DNA of 64,000 bases from Turneriella sp. (GTDB lineage Bacteria > Spirochaetota > Leptospiria > Turneriellales > Turneriellaceae): NCBI GenBank assembly GCA_965279515.1, contig CBDIID010000003.1, forward strand, positions 4,768,001 through 4,832,000, given 5' to 3'. Below the pieces are notes generated by a model. The model was not told the DNA's origin. It did not search any database and saw nothing but the letters and a program-made list of their open reading frames with translations. The translations under genes were made by a program, and so were the position numbers. Shown piece after piece: positions 27,649-37,893 of this stretch (positions within the stretch are counted from its first letter, which is position 1; every line of letters starts with the position of its first letter).

Positions 27649-29934
27649 ATGCGTCGGTTATTCCTGCCCGGTTTCTATTTAATCTCGAACCTGATTTCGT
27701 ACGGCGCATCGGCGGCTTCGAGCGCACTCTATGCCGGTATTCTCACATTTGTCTTCATTCTCTATTATAGCTACGCGATCAAACTGCCTGCAATCACCGA
27801 ACTCATTATTGTCGTGGGCTCAGCCGCGGGACTCACGACCGTGATCCACGGTATCTGGTTCGGGATATTTCACAAAGTACACTTCTCGGGCCTTACTGGT
27901 CCCATGCGGCTGATGAACCGGGCGATCGTGCGCGGACCTACCTGGTTCAAGGTAGACATCCGGCAGAATTTAAACGCCGACGAATACCGCATGCTGCACC
28001 GCAAGCTCTGCTACCTGCCGCGTGAGAATGCCATGATGTCGGTGGCGATGGTGCTGGTCATCGTCTCGGCGGTGACGTTTTACCTTATCCGCTGGCAGAA
28101 TTATCCCTTCATTAACCTGATCCAGGTCGAGGTGATGGCGCTCATCGCCGGTTTTATCCATGCGGGGTTTACCGCGGTTATCACCGAGCTCGTCACGGGT
28201 GAGATGCGCACGCGCGTGAAACAGATCATGTATGAAAAGAAGGTTGAGTTCAGCGAGATCGCGCTCTCGACGGTGCGCTCCAAAATTCTGTTTTTCATTT
28301 TGATCATGATCGCAACGCTCTTTATCTCGAACTTCATGGTCTATCATAACGTTGAGTTTCCCGTGATGATCCGTTTCTCGATCTTTGCAATCTTTGTCGC
28401 GGCGACCATGGCTTACATGCTGTTCTCGATCGTGCTGCAGTCGCTGCGCGAGATCGAAGCGACATCCAAGAGTATCAAAGAAGGCAAGGATGCCATGCTT
28501 TTCCCCCAGGCACTCGACGAAGAGTTTATCAACGTTGCGACGGGGCTCAACACTGCGACGACGACAATCCGCGACTACCAGGCCAACCTCGAGCGCAAGG
28601 TCGAAGAGCGCACGCTGGAGCTAACGAAGGCAAATGACTCCCTCAACGCCAAAGACAAACTCATCCAGATGGAACTCGATTTCGCCTCCGAGATCCAAAA
28701 AGGAATCATTCCCGCGCGCATCGAAGAGTGGAACGGCCTGAGATTTTTCGGCTACTATAAACCGATGGAAAAAGTCTCGGGCGACTACTACGATGTTTTT
28801 CCCGCGCATGGTAACCGGCTGGGTGTGCTGATGGCTGACGTTTCGGGTCATGGTGTGCCTGCGGCGCTCATCACGACGATGGCAAAGGTGGCGTTTGCGC
28901 GTGCCGCGCAGAACACGCACTCGCCGGCGCAAACCTTCCGCGAGGTCAACGACCAGCTATTGCAGATCGTCACCACGCAGGATTATCTCACAGCGTTTTA
29001 CCTGACGATTGACGAGACGCACCACTTCTATTTCGGCAATGCCTCGCACCAGCACGCGAAGATTGTGCGCACGCATGGCGGCGTCAGGGTCGGCGTGGGT
29101 GCAGAAGCCGGGTCGGCGGCCGGGCCGCAGGGTGAGGTGGATAATCCGCTCATCGAATCGCTCGATACCGACGGCCTTTTTGTCGGCGCGATGGAAGAGG
29201 CGAGCGACAGCTATGGAGAAAAAGAAGGCAGGCTGTTTGCCGGCGACCGCCTCTTCCTCTACACCGACGGCCTCATCGAGATTCGCAACAAAGACGAGCA
29301 GGAATTCGGCAACGAGCGCTTCGATGCCTTACTCATTGCGGCGAAGGATTTACCCGGCGACAAGGCGGTGCAATTCATTATCGACGAGGTTTTTCGTTTT
29401 GCCGAAGGTTGCCATCCCAACGATGACATTTCGATTCTCATGGCGGAAGTGAACCGTGAGTATTCGAAATTTCTGCAGATCGCTGCGCGCGCTTACCAGA
29501 AAATAGAGCAGGGTGATAAGCAGGGTGGTGCGCGCCTTCTCGATGAAGCAATTAAACTCTATAGTAAAAACCTGCTTTCGCTGAAGACAGCGGGGGCGCT
29601 AAATTTTGATCTCGGGCGCATCGAAACGGCCGAGCGTTATTTTCGCGCCTATGCCGATATGAGTCGCCAGAACGCAGAGGTGTTTTTTTACCTGAGTTCG
29701 ATTGCGATTATCAAAGCCAATTTCGAACTCGCGGAAGAATATGCGCGCGAGGCGATTAACCTGCGGTCGAACTATGCCCTGGCATTTAACAACCTCGCGA
29801 TTTCATGCCTGAACCTCGGCAAGTTTGCCCTGGCGCGTTTTGCGATCGATAAGGCCCTGTCTTTTGAGCCGGAAAATGAAGAAATAAAGAAGAACTCCGC
29901 CCGGTTGGAGGAAATCCTGCACAAAAATCAGTAG
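27649..29934 (+). CDS. Membrane SpoIIE/PP2C phosphatase with C-terminal TPRs
   Basis: N-terminal TMs, SGDYYD, ADVSGHGVPAAL, YTDGLIE, DDISI, TPR-like tail. Confidence 0.9.
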   Translation: MRRLFLPGFYLISNLISYGASAASSALYAGILTFVFILYYSYAIKLPAITELIIVVGSAAGLTTVIHGIWFGIFHKVHFSGLTGPMRLMNRAIVRGPTWFKVDIRQNLNADEYRMLHRKLCYLPRENAMMSVAMVLVIVSAVTFYLIRWQNYPFINLIQVEVMALIAGFIHAGFTAVITELVTGEMRTRVKQIMYEKKVEFSEIALSTVRSKILFFILIMIATLFISNFMVYHNVEFPVMIRFSIFAIFVAATMAYMLFSIVLQSLREIEATSKSIKEGKDAMLFPQALDEEFINVATGLNTATTTIRDYQANLERKVEERTLELTKANDSLNAKDKLIQMELDFASEIQKGIIPARIEEWNGLRFFGYYKPMEKVSGDYYDVFPAHGNRLGVLMADVSGHGVPAALITTMAKVAFARAAQNTHSPAQTFREVNDQLLQIVTTQDYLTAFYLTIDETHHFYFGNASHQHAKIVRTHGGVRVGVGAEAGSAAGPQGEVDNPLIESLDTDGLFVGAMEEASDSYGEKEGRLFAGDRLFLYTDGLIEIRNKDEQEFGNERFDALLIAAKDLPGDKAVQFIIDEVFRFAEGCHPNDDISILMAEVNREYSKFLQIAARAYQKIEQGDKQGGARLLDEAIKLYSKNLLSLKTAGALNFDLGRIETAERYFRAYADMSRQNAEVFFYLSSIAIIKANFELAEEYAREAINLRSNYALAFNNLAISCLNLGKFALARFAIDKALSFEPENEEIKKNSARLEEILHKNQ

Positions 29935-29950
29935 CCGTCTTAACGGGGCC

Positions 29951-31459
29951 ATGCGTATTAGCAATATGCTTCGAATGGGTTCCCTTTTGTTCATTTTGCT
30001 GGTGTTTTTAGGGGGTGAAGGCCTTCTTGCCGCACGTAAGTTTGCCCTCATTGTGGGTTCCAACTACAAGGGCTCTGAAATCAGCCCGCTCAACCTCTGC
30101 GAAAAAGACGCCGAGGTGATGAAACAATCGATCGTCAATACGGGCAATTTTGAAGCGGCGAATGTCAAGGTGCTTCTGGGCGCCCAGGTCACGCGCGAAA
30201 ATGTGCGTTCGTCGATTGTCGACTGGCTGGGCAGCCAGGTGCGCGAAGGCGACCAGGTATTTTTCTTTTTCGCCGGCCACGGCCAGTTTTTCCGCGATCC
30301 CGCCGCGAAAAACGGCATGCGCAATTATATCATCATGTTCCAGCGCCCGCACGTTTCTGACGACGAGCTTTCAGAATGGTTTGGTAAACTCAAGACCAAA
30401 AAAGCCGTGATCATTCTCGATTGCTGCTTCTCGGGCGGTATTGCCAAGAAGGGTGCGGCGACGCGCGGCGCGGGTAAAGTGCCGATTCCAGAGGGGCAGG
30501 ACTATGCCGTGCTGCAGGATATGGAAGGCGTGCATTTCCAGAACAAGGTCGTTATCTCTTCGGCCGACGATAACGAGACGGCGATTGAAATCGGTAAACC
30601 GATCGAACACGGCATTTTCACGTATTTTTTCAGTAAGGCAATTTTAGAGGCGGATTTAAACGGCGATAAGAGTATTACCGCATACGAAGCCTTCTACAAG
30701 GCCCGCAATGAAACGACCAAACTCGCGCTGAAGGCCAACCACAAGCAGGTGCCGCAGATTTCAGGCGATGCTTCGGGTTTCCTTTTCGTCGCTGCGGCGG
30801 TTGTGCCACCTGCGCCTGAGCCGGTGCTGCCACCGGTGCCGATTCCACCGCCTGACCCGGTTGTGCCACCGGTAACGCCTGAAGAGCCGCAGAACCCGAC
30901 GAACAAAAAGACGGGCACGCTCATCATCAAGACAACCTACAAGCAGGAGCAGATTTCCGGCGGCGTAACGATCTATATCGACCAGAACGAATTCCCGTTC
31001 AGTACCCAATACGTCGATTTCGGCGCGTGGGGTAAAACGGCGCAGTTCACGCTGACGAAGATTCCCAGCGGTGTGCACAATGTCACCGTCAAAGCCCCGG
31101 GGTATCCCGATCAGGTGATTAAAACCGGCATCGAACCCAACGGCACGACGACCGAAACAATTACCTGCGGCCTCGCAGGCAAGGGCGCGATTGCGGGTAA
31201 GGTTTACCTCGAGAATTTCGACACGGGCGCCGAGGGTTTTATTGTCTTCATCAAGCCGCTGCCGAACTTCAAACAGCCTACAGCGACCAGCCGCAAAGAC
31301 GGTAGTTTCGCTTTCACCGAAGTGAAACCAGGCCGTTATACTGTTTTCTTACGCGGCTCTTCGAAGGCCCTGATCAAACAATACGATCAGGAGATTAACG
31401 TCGAGGCCGACAAGATCACCAATCTCGACATTGTGCTGAGAAATATTTTTGCGAAATAA
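29951..31459 (+). CDS. Exported caspase-family (C14) peptidase with Pro-rich linker and beta-sandwich tail
   Basis: FAGHG and LDCCFSG dyad, HGIFT, QVPQ; N-terminal signal-like segment. Confidence 0.88.
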   Translation: MRISNMLRMGSLLFILLVFLGGEGLLAARKFALIVGSNYKGSEISPLNLCEKDAEVMKQSIVNTGNFEAANVKVLLGAQVTRENVRSSIVDWLGSQVREGDQVFFFFAGHGQFFRDPAAKNGMRNYIIMFQRPHVSDDELSEWFGKLKTKKAVIILDCCFSGGIAKKGAATRGAGKVPIPEGQDYAVLQDMEGVHFQNKVVISSADDNETAIEIGKPIEHGIFTYFFSKAILEADLNGDKSITAYEAFYKARNETTKLALKANHKQVPQISGDASGFLFVAAAVVPPAPEPVLPPVPIPPPDPVVPPVTPEEPQNPTNKKTGTLIIKTTYKQEQISGGVTIYIDQNEFPFSTQYVDFGAWGKTAQFTLTKIPSGVHNVTVKAPGYPDQVIKTGIEPNGTTTETITCGLAGKGAIAGKVYLENFDTGAEGFIVFIKPLPNFKQPTATSRKDGSFAFTEVKPGRYTVFLRGSSKALIKQYDQEINVEADKITNLDIVLRNIFAK

Positions 31460-31462
31460 CGG

Positions 31463-31924
31463 CTAGACTTCGTTCTCGTCTTTTTCGTAGTCAATCGATT
31501 CGCTGGCCGAGTCGCCCACGACGATAAAGTCGATCTGGTCGATGACTTCGTTTTCAAAGGCGATTTTCAGGCGGTATTCGCCTTCTTCGAGCTGTTTATA
31601 GTGGTCGATCAGCATGCCCTGGCCGTCGACGATCGTGCGGTTTCTGAGGTCGATCTCCTGGTAGCCTAAGGTTTTCTTTTGCAGGGATATACCGTAGAAC
31701 CTGCCGCTCTTGACCGCCCAGGGCCGGTAGGCATACCACAAGACATCGTCGCGTTCGAAAATCGGCTTTGTCGAGGGTTTTACGAAGCGCTGCGGTTTAA
31801 AGAAATGCTGCTCGAGCACCGGCAAATTACTGTGGTCGGCGACTGTGAAGGCGAACTGGCCCCTGCCTTTGAAGAAATTACAGCCGCCCGCAGACAGGGC
31901 GACCAATAACAGTATGCGGCGCAT
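31463..31924 (-). CDS. Hypothetical lipoprotein
   Basis: MRRILLLVALSAGGC lipobox-like start. Confidence 0.65.
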   Translation of the reverse strand: MRRILLLVALSAGGCNFFKGRGQFAFTVADHSNLPVLEQHFFKPQRFVKPSTKPIFERDDVLWYAYRPWAVKSGRFYGISLQKKTLGYQEIDLRNRTIVDGQGMLIDHYKQLEEGEYRLKIAFENEVIDQIDFIVVGDSASESIDYEKDENEV

Positions 31925-31940
31925 ACTGTTATTCTCGGAT

Positions 31941-32882
31941 TTATTTCTCTACTGCTAAATAGCCCTGGCCATCTTTAACGATGCCGGGCGCCGAAACCGA
32001 CGGCCAGTCGAGGGTATGGCCGCGCTGTGAGTACACGGCACGCAGGGTAAAATGTTTGATATCCTTCATAAATAGCGGCAGCTTAACGCGGCCATTCTTA
32101 GCCCATGAGTCTTTATGGATTTCAATGAGGGGATAGGGGAGAGCCACTGAGCCGCCGCCGTTTTTATGCGCCGCGAAGCCGGGTTTATAGAGGTGCACCG
32201 TCGGTATGTTCTTGGTCAGTTTCAGCTTATTCGCCATTTCGGCGGAGCTGACGTCGGTGAAGGCCAGCGAAAGAATGGTCCTCGTGCCAAACTGGCCCCG
32301 GTTGACGATTTCGATGAGGCTCTCTTCGCCCGCCACGGAAAATGTTTCTATAAACGGGAAAATTTCGTCGCTGACGAAAGGAATCCAGCGTAAACCATTG
32401 AAACGGTAATTCGTTTTGCCCAGGCTCAATAACTCATCGTGGGGTTTCTCTTCGGTCTTCGAGATCTTAACAGTCGCCGTATCGGCCATCTTCGGCGTGA
32501 ATTCCTGCATGAAGTCTTTCGTGTCGAAGAGATTAAGGGTCTTTTCAGCGGCACCGAATGTTACCAGGATCTGTGATTTTTTGTTACCCGTGCCGATAAA
32601 GAAAACTTTCGGGTCGCTTAATACCTGCGGCCACTCATGCTGGCGCAGCAGGGCATAGGCCTTCTCCGCGGGAGTGAATACGGCGAGGCGCGTCTTCTGC
32701 CCGGCCTCAAAAAGCGTGACATCTTCGAACGACGCGCTGTCGTCGAGCTGGTATTTTTTCTGGACCAGGATCTTTTCGACCTTCGTACCGGTGAGCTGCT
32801 CGATTTCGGCCTTAGAGACGTGGGGATTTCTTTTACAGCCAAAAGCCAGAATACAGAGGAGGGCGAATGTCCATTTTGCCAT
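31941..32882 (-). CDS. Hypothetical lipoprotein
   Basis: MAKWTFALLCILAFGC lipobox; start ATG 32882. Confidence 0.7.
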   Translation of the reverse strand: MAKWTFALLCILAFGCKRNPHVSKAEIEQLTGTKVEKILVQKKYQLDDSASFEDVTLFEAGQKTRLAVFTPAEKAYALLRQHEWPQVLSDPKVFFIGTGNKKSQILVTFGAAEKTLNLFDTKDFMQEFTPKMADTATVKISKTEEKPHDELLSLGKTNYRFNGLRWIPFVSDEIFPFIETFSVAGEESLIEIVNRGQFGTRTILSLAFTDVSSAEMANKLKLTKNIPTVHLYKPGFAAHKNGGGSVALPYPLIEIHKDSWAKNGRVKLPLFMKDIKHFTLRAVYSQRGHTLDWPSVSAPGIVKDGQGYLAVEK

Positions 32883-32973
32883 AAAACCCCAACCATTCGC
32901 CGCGATACGGCGCAAAGCCGAAGTTGGCAAAAGGTTCGGCTTGACGTTGCAAAGGCGAGCCGTAGTCAGAGAC

Positions 32974-35631
32974 ATGCGGCGTTTAGCGGTCCTGGCGGCG
33001 GTACTTCTCTGTGGAGCCGCTCTGTCGGCCGCCGAAGAAAAAACCTATCCGGTTCAGGTCATCGATACCGGCAACACGCTGGAAACTGTATCGCTCGGCA
33101 ACGACGCAAAAACCCCGGAAAAATATACCTGGTTCGCCAGCGACAAGCCCGTCGATCCGATGAAACTTTCATCGCAGATGCTGAAGGGTGACAAACGTAA
33201 AGATGTCTGTCCCGAAGATTTTAAGCCCGTGCATATGCCGGAAAACCTCCTGAAGTATTTCGGCAAGAAACCGGAGAAATCCGTAATCTGGTATTACAAA
33301 GCCTTCATCGCGCCGTCGAACCCGCGCGCAACGCTGGCGATCCGCCTGGGTAAAATCAACGATACCGACGAAGTGTACCTGAACGGCGTTGTCATCGGTA
33401 AGACCGGCGATGGAGCACGCAAGAATGACCACGCGTGGGATAAAGTGCGCATCTACGACATTCCCGTGGTGCTACTGAAACCACTCGAGAAAAATGTACT
33501 GCTGGTGCGTGTCGACGTCTATTTTGACAACGAATTCGGCCTGACACGCGACCGCGCCGAAATCGGCGACAGCGCCAAGATGAACCGCGAGCTCATTGCA
33601 GCAGATATAATAGTTCTGGTTTTTCTCGCCTGTTACCTCACCTTCGGCGCCTATTTTCTTTTTCTTTTTATCCGCCGCCCGCAAGAGAAGCCATACCTGC
33701 TGTTCTTTATCTTTATTCTCTGCCTTGTCATTTACCAGTTGCTGCAGACGCAGGTGAAATATTATTTATCCGCAGATTTTATCTTTCTAAAGCGGATTGA
33801 ATACATTGCACTGCTTTTTATCGCCCCGGCTTTTTATTTTTATCTCCGCGAATTTTTCCGCCTGAGCGAAACCCGGTTTTTCCGTTACGTGCATTGGGCG
33901 ATGCTGGCAATGCTGGCGCTCAACGCTGTCGTGCTTGCCACGGTTTTTCTCAGTACCGACGTCACGGTCTGGGCGCGGTACAATGAAATCCTGAACGTCA
34001 ATATTTCCATGCGCATCTTTTTGCTGGTCAGCGCGGTGATTGTCGGCTACAAAATCTTTAAAAAAGACAAAGACGCGCGGATCATCATGGTCGGCCTTCT
34101 GTTTCTGATCGCCACCTTTGTCGTTGATAACCTCGTCTACCAGGGCATCCTGAATATCCCGCGGATCAGCGGCTATGTCATCTTCATGTTCCTGATGTCC
34201 CTCGCCTTTATTCTCGCCAACCAGTTTGTGCGTGTGCACAACCAGGTGGAAGATTTAAACCGCAATCTCGAACTCAAGGTTGAGGAGCGTACCCGCGAGC
34301 TGCAGCAGACGCTGCAACGCGTGCAAGACCTGAAATCGCAGCAAGACGGAGATTATTTTCTCACCTCGCTGCTCATTGAGCCGCTTTCTGCCAACCGCGT
34401 GGCCAGTGAGCGGACGAAGGTGGAGTTCTTTCTTAAGGAAAAGAAGGAATTCTCGTTTAGGCGCTGGAGCCGCGACATTGGCGGCGATATCTGCGTGGCC
34501 CACACGGTCGACCTGCGCGGCCGCAAGTTCACCGTCGCGCTCAACGCCGACGCGATGGGTAAATCGATGCAGGGGGCGGGCGGGGCGCTGGTTATGGGCT
34601 CGGTTTTCGCAAGTATCATCGAGCGCACGAAGAGCGCGACGAACGGTCGTGACGTGGCGCCCGAAACCTGGCTGCGCAGTGCCTTTTTCGAACTCAACCG
34701 CGTCTTCGAGAGTTTTGACGGCTCTATGCTTATTTCGATCGTGCTGACGGCGATCGACGATGAGGCGGGCGTCATGTATTACATCAACGCCGAGCATCCA
34801 TGGACGATCCTGTTTCGCGATAACAAGGCGTCTTTTACGGATGAAGAGTTTGCGCTGCGAAAGCTCGGCACGCTGGGCGTCAATGAGAACGTGCAGGTGA
34901 AGGTATTCTATCTCGAAGACAACGATGTGGTGATCATGGGCTCAGACGGTCGCGACGATCTGATTCTGGGGATCGACCACGAGGGTCAGCGCATTATCAA
35001 CGAAGATGAGACCCTGATTCTGCGCCATGTGGAACGGGCCGGTGCAGATCTACCCCGCCTCGTCGAAGAGCTGGCGAAAACCGGGGATTTAAGCGACGAC
35101 CTTTCCTTTATCCGCATTCAGTATTCAGCCCCAGCGGCGCGGCGGCCGCCGATTCGCCTTGCCGAGTCGCAGGCGATAGAGAATTTCAAAACCGATCTCA
35201 AAGAACGCGTCAAACCCCTGACGCTCGGTGAGATGGATGCGATTCTCGAAAAACACCGCGACAACACCACCGAGATGCACCATGCGATCCGCTGGCTGTT
35301 CCAGATTAAACAGTATGCGAAGGGTGCAGAATGGGCCGAGAGGTTTGTGCAGATGTACCCGATGGAATCGGAATTTCTTTACCTCGCCGGGTTCGGTTAC
35401 AAACTTTCAGGCGAATATACCAAGGGCCTCGATTTTGCCGAGCGCCTGTTCGGGCGTACGGTTAACCATGAAAAAAATCTCGTGAACCTGACGGACTTAC
35501 AGCTGATTGCCCGGCAGGCGGCCGAGGCAGAACTATCGCTGGGAATCCTCATGAAACTCTATCCCCACAACGAGAAAATCCCGCGCCTGAGACAGGCACT
35601 ACAAGAGCTGCAGGCGAAGCAGTCGGCATGA
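32974..35631 (+). CDS. SpoIIE/PP2C phosphatase with sugar-binding-like ectodomain, 7TM region and TPR tail
   Basis: LGKINDTDEVYLNG, about 7 TMs, GGDIC, NADAMGKSMQGAGG, GSDGRDD, DDLS. Start ATG 32974. Confidence 0.87.
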   Translation: MRRLAVLAAVLLCGAALSAAEEKTYPVQVIDTGNTLETVSLGNDAKTPEKYTWFASDKPVDPMKLSSQMLKGDKRKDVCPEDFKPVHMPENLLKYFGKKPEKSVIWYYKAFIAPSNPRATLAIRLGKINDTDEVYLNGVVIGKTGDGARKNDHAWDKVRIYDIPVVLLKPLEKNVLLVRVDVYFDNEFGLTRDRAEIGDSAKMNRELIAADIIVLVFLACYLTFGAYFLFLFIRRPQEKPYLLFFIFILCLVIYQLLQTQVKYYLSADFIFLKRIEYIALLFIAPAFYFYLREFFRLSETRFFRYVHWAMLAMLALNAVVLATVFLSTDVTVWARYNEILNVNISMRIFLLVSAVIVGYKIFKKDKDARIIMVGLLFLIATFVVDNLVYQGILNIPRISGYVIFMFLMSLAFILANQFVRVHNQVEDLNRNLELKVEERTRELQQTLQRVQDLKSQQDGDYFLTSLLIEPLSANRVASERTKVEFFLKEKKEFSFRRWSRDIGGDICVAHTVDLRGRKFTVALNADAMGKSMQGAGGALVMGSVFASIIERTKSATNGRDVAPETWLRSAFFELNRVFESFDGSMLISIVLTAIDDEAGVMYYINAEHPWTILFRDNKASFTDEEFALRKLGTLGVNENVQVKVFYLEDNDVVIMGSDGRDDLILGIDHEGQRIINEDETLILRHVERAGADLPRLVEELAKTGDLSDDLSFIRIQYSAPAARRPPIRLAESQAIENFKTDLKERVKPLTLGEMDAILEKHRDNTTEMHHAIRWLFQIKQYAKGAEWAERFVQMYPMESEFLYLAGFGYKLSGEYTKGLDFAERLFGRTVNHEKNLVNLTDLQLIARQAAEAELSLGILMKLYPHNEKIPRLRQALQELQAKQSA

Positions 35632-36557
35632 GCTGGAAAAAACAATCGATCCTTTCCGCCGGACAGTTCACTCCGGCCGATCTCGGAGAAATTCTGGATC
35701 TCTCGCAGCGCATAGAAACCGCGCTGAAAACAAAGCGCAACCTGAAGCTGCTCGATGATTTTATTCTTGCGACGCTGTTCTTTGAGCCGTCAACACGCAC
35801 CCGCCTGTCATTCGAAGCGGCGATGCACCGGCTGGGCGGCCGCGTGATTTCGACCGTCGGCGTTCAGTTCTCTTCGCTCGCAAAGGGTGAGACGCTCTTC
35901 GACACGCTGAAAATGGTCGAATCGTACAGCGACATCTGCGCGATACGCCATTCGGTTGAGGGTGCCTCATCGCTGGCGGCGCAGAGCATCAAGATACCCG
36001 TCATCAATGCCGGTGACGGGGCAGGGGAGCATCCCACCCAGGGCCTGCTCGATCTCTATACGATCAGCCAGCGTGGTTTCCTGGGGCGTGACAAGTTCCG
36101 GATTGCCTTCGTCGGTGACATCAAGTTCGGCCGTACGATCCATTCACTCGTGCAGTTGCTGTCGCATTTTGGCGCCGAAATGGTGTTTATTGCCCCCGAT
36201 GAACTGCAGTTGCCTGATAAATATAAAAAACAACTCGATGCCGCGAAGATTTCTTACACGCAGACGAGTGACATTGCGGCGCTGAAGGATGTCCACGTCG
36301 GCTACATCACGCGCATCCAGGAAGAACGTTTTACCGACCACCGCGAGTACGAAAAATTCAAGGATGCGTATGTCGTCGACCTCGAGCTGGTGCAAACATG
36401 CCGTAAGGATCTTGCGATCATGCACCCGCTACCGCGTCTCAGCGAAGTCGCCACCGATCTCGACAACCACCCTGCGGCGGCTTATTTCGAACAGGCAAAC
36501 AACGGACTCTACGTGCGCATGGCACTGATCTTAGGTCTTCTGGATATCAGTCTTTAG
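35628..36557 (+). CDS. pyrB: Aspartate carbamoyltransferase catalytic subunit
   Basis: FFEPSTRTRLSF, NAGDG, HPTQGLLD, HPLPR. Confidence 0.97.
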   Translation: MSWKKQSILSAGQFTPADLGEILDLSQRIETALKTKRNLKLLDDFILATLFFEPSTRTRLSFEAAMHRLGGRVISTVGVQFSSLAKGETLFDTLKMVESYSDICAIRHSVEGASSLAAQSIKIPVINAGDGAGEHPTQGLLDLYTISQRGFLGRDKFRIAFVGDIKFGRTIHSLVQLLSHFGAEMVFIAPDELQLPDKYKKQLDAAKISYTQTSDIAALKDVHVGYITRIQEERFTDHREYEKFKDAYVVDLELVQTCRKDLAIMHPLPRLSEVATDLDNHPAAAYFEQANNGLYVRMALILGLLDISL

Positions 36558-37893
36558 GATTTTCGAAACGCGTCAGCACAGAGTATCCGTGCTCGGCAAA
36601 TAACCCTTCTGCTTTCGACATGAGCGTAATGGCATCTTTGCCGGCTTCAAGCCCCGCGCGCGTCAGGCGTTGCCAGGTGACGCGCCGGTAGAAAGAATAC
36701 ACGCTCACACCCGATGTGAAACGCGCACCGCCGGCTGTCGGCAAGATGTGGTTCGTGCCGGAATAATAGTCCCCGGCGGCGACGGGCGCATAATCGCCGA
36801 CGAAAATACTCCCCGCTGCCCTGATGGCATCGAGAATTTTTTCATTTTCTGCCGTCTGTATTTCAAGATGCTCGGGCGCGTATTTATTCGAAATTTCGAC
36901 GGCTTCAGCGAGTGTGTCAACGAGCAGCACACGGCCGTTGCGGCGGATTGCCTCGAGGGTGATTTTTTTGCGCCGTTCGTCGTCGTCCCTTTTTTCGAGC
37001 GAATGGATAATTTCCGCGCCGACGGCGTCAGCCAGCTTACGCGATGTCGTCAGCAAGATTGCCTGTGCATTTTCGTCGTGCTCGGCCTGCGCCATGAGGT
37101 CATGCGCGACGTAGCGTGCGTTGGCCGTGTCGTCGGCAATGATGACAACTTCGCTGGGGCCGGCGAACGAGTCGATGCCGCAGAGGTTCTCACCTGCGGC
37201 ATGTGTTTTTGCTGCTGACACGTAAATATTGCCCGGGCCGAATATAAAATCCACGGGTTCGATACCGAGTTCAGGTACACCGTATGCCGCCGCGAAGATC
37301 GCCTGTGCGCCACCGGCCTGCAAAATACGCGTTGCACCCGCGACATGAGCCATCGCCAGCACAATATCGGCGACGCGTTTGTTTTCGGGATCGGGCGGCG
37401 TCATGAGCAGGATATCCCCCACGCCGGCAATGCGAGCGGGCAGGATGCCCATGAGGACAGTCGAAGGGTAAAGCGCCTTACCGCCGGGCACATAGAGCGC
37501 CACACGGTCGAAGGGAATGAATTTTACGCCAAGCGTATTGCCACGGATTTCTGTTTCAAAGCCGGTCTGCTTTTGTTTTTCATGGAAGGCGGTGATATTT
37601 TTTGCCGCTTCCTGAAACGCGGCGAGCGTATCTGCTTGCCCGGCCAAAACACGTTCGTAGGCGGCTTTGAGATCATCAGGCCCCAGAACCAGCTTCTCGG
37701 GCGAAAAACCGTCAAATTCGTTGCCGGCATTTTTGAGCGCCTCTGCTGCATTCTTGCGGAAGGCGGCGCTCAGGGGCTCGATGACCTTGTTTTTTACGGA
37801 ACTGAGGTCGAGACCGCTGTGCGAGAACAGGGCTTTATGGTCGGCGGCAGAAAGATCACTGTAACGGTCAATTCGCAGCAGCTTTTCAGACAC
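36547..37893 (-). CDS. hisD: Histidinol dehydrogenase
   Basis: YVPGG, GPGNIYV, AGPSEV, QAEHD, APEHLE, GTNHILPT. Confidence 0.97.
   Translation of the reverse strand: MSEKLLRIDRYSDLSAADHKALFSHSGLDLSSVKNKVIEPLSAAFRKNAAEALKNAGNEFDGFSPEKLVLGPDDLKAAYERVLAGQADTLAAFQEAAKNITAFHEKQKQTGFETEIRGNTLGVKFIPFDRVALYVPGGKALYPSTVLMGILPARIAGVGDILLMTPPDPENKRVADIVLAMAHVAGATRILQAGGAQAIFAAAYGVPELGIEPVDFIFGPGNIYVSAAKTHAAGENLCGIDSFAGPSEVVIIADDTANARYVAHDLMAQAEHDENAQAILLTTSRKLADAVGAEIIHSLEKRDDDERRKKITLEAIRRNGRVLLVDTLAEAVEISNKYAPEHLEIQTAENEKILDAIRAAGSIFVGDYAPVAAGDYYSGTNHILPTAGGARFTSGVSVYSFYRRVTWQRLTRAGLEAGKDAITLMSKAEGLFAEHGYSVLTRFENPKD

Noticed and set aside
30799..30890. Imperfect GTGCCACC repeats
   Set aside because: Explained by the Pro/Val-rich linker of the caspase-like protein.
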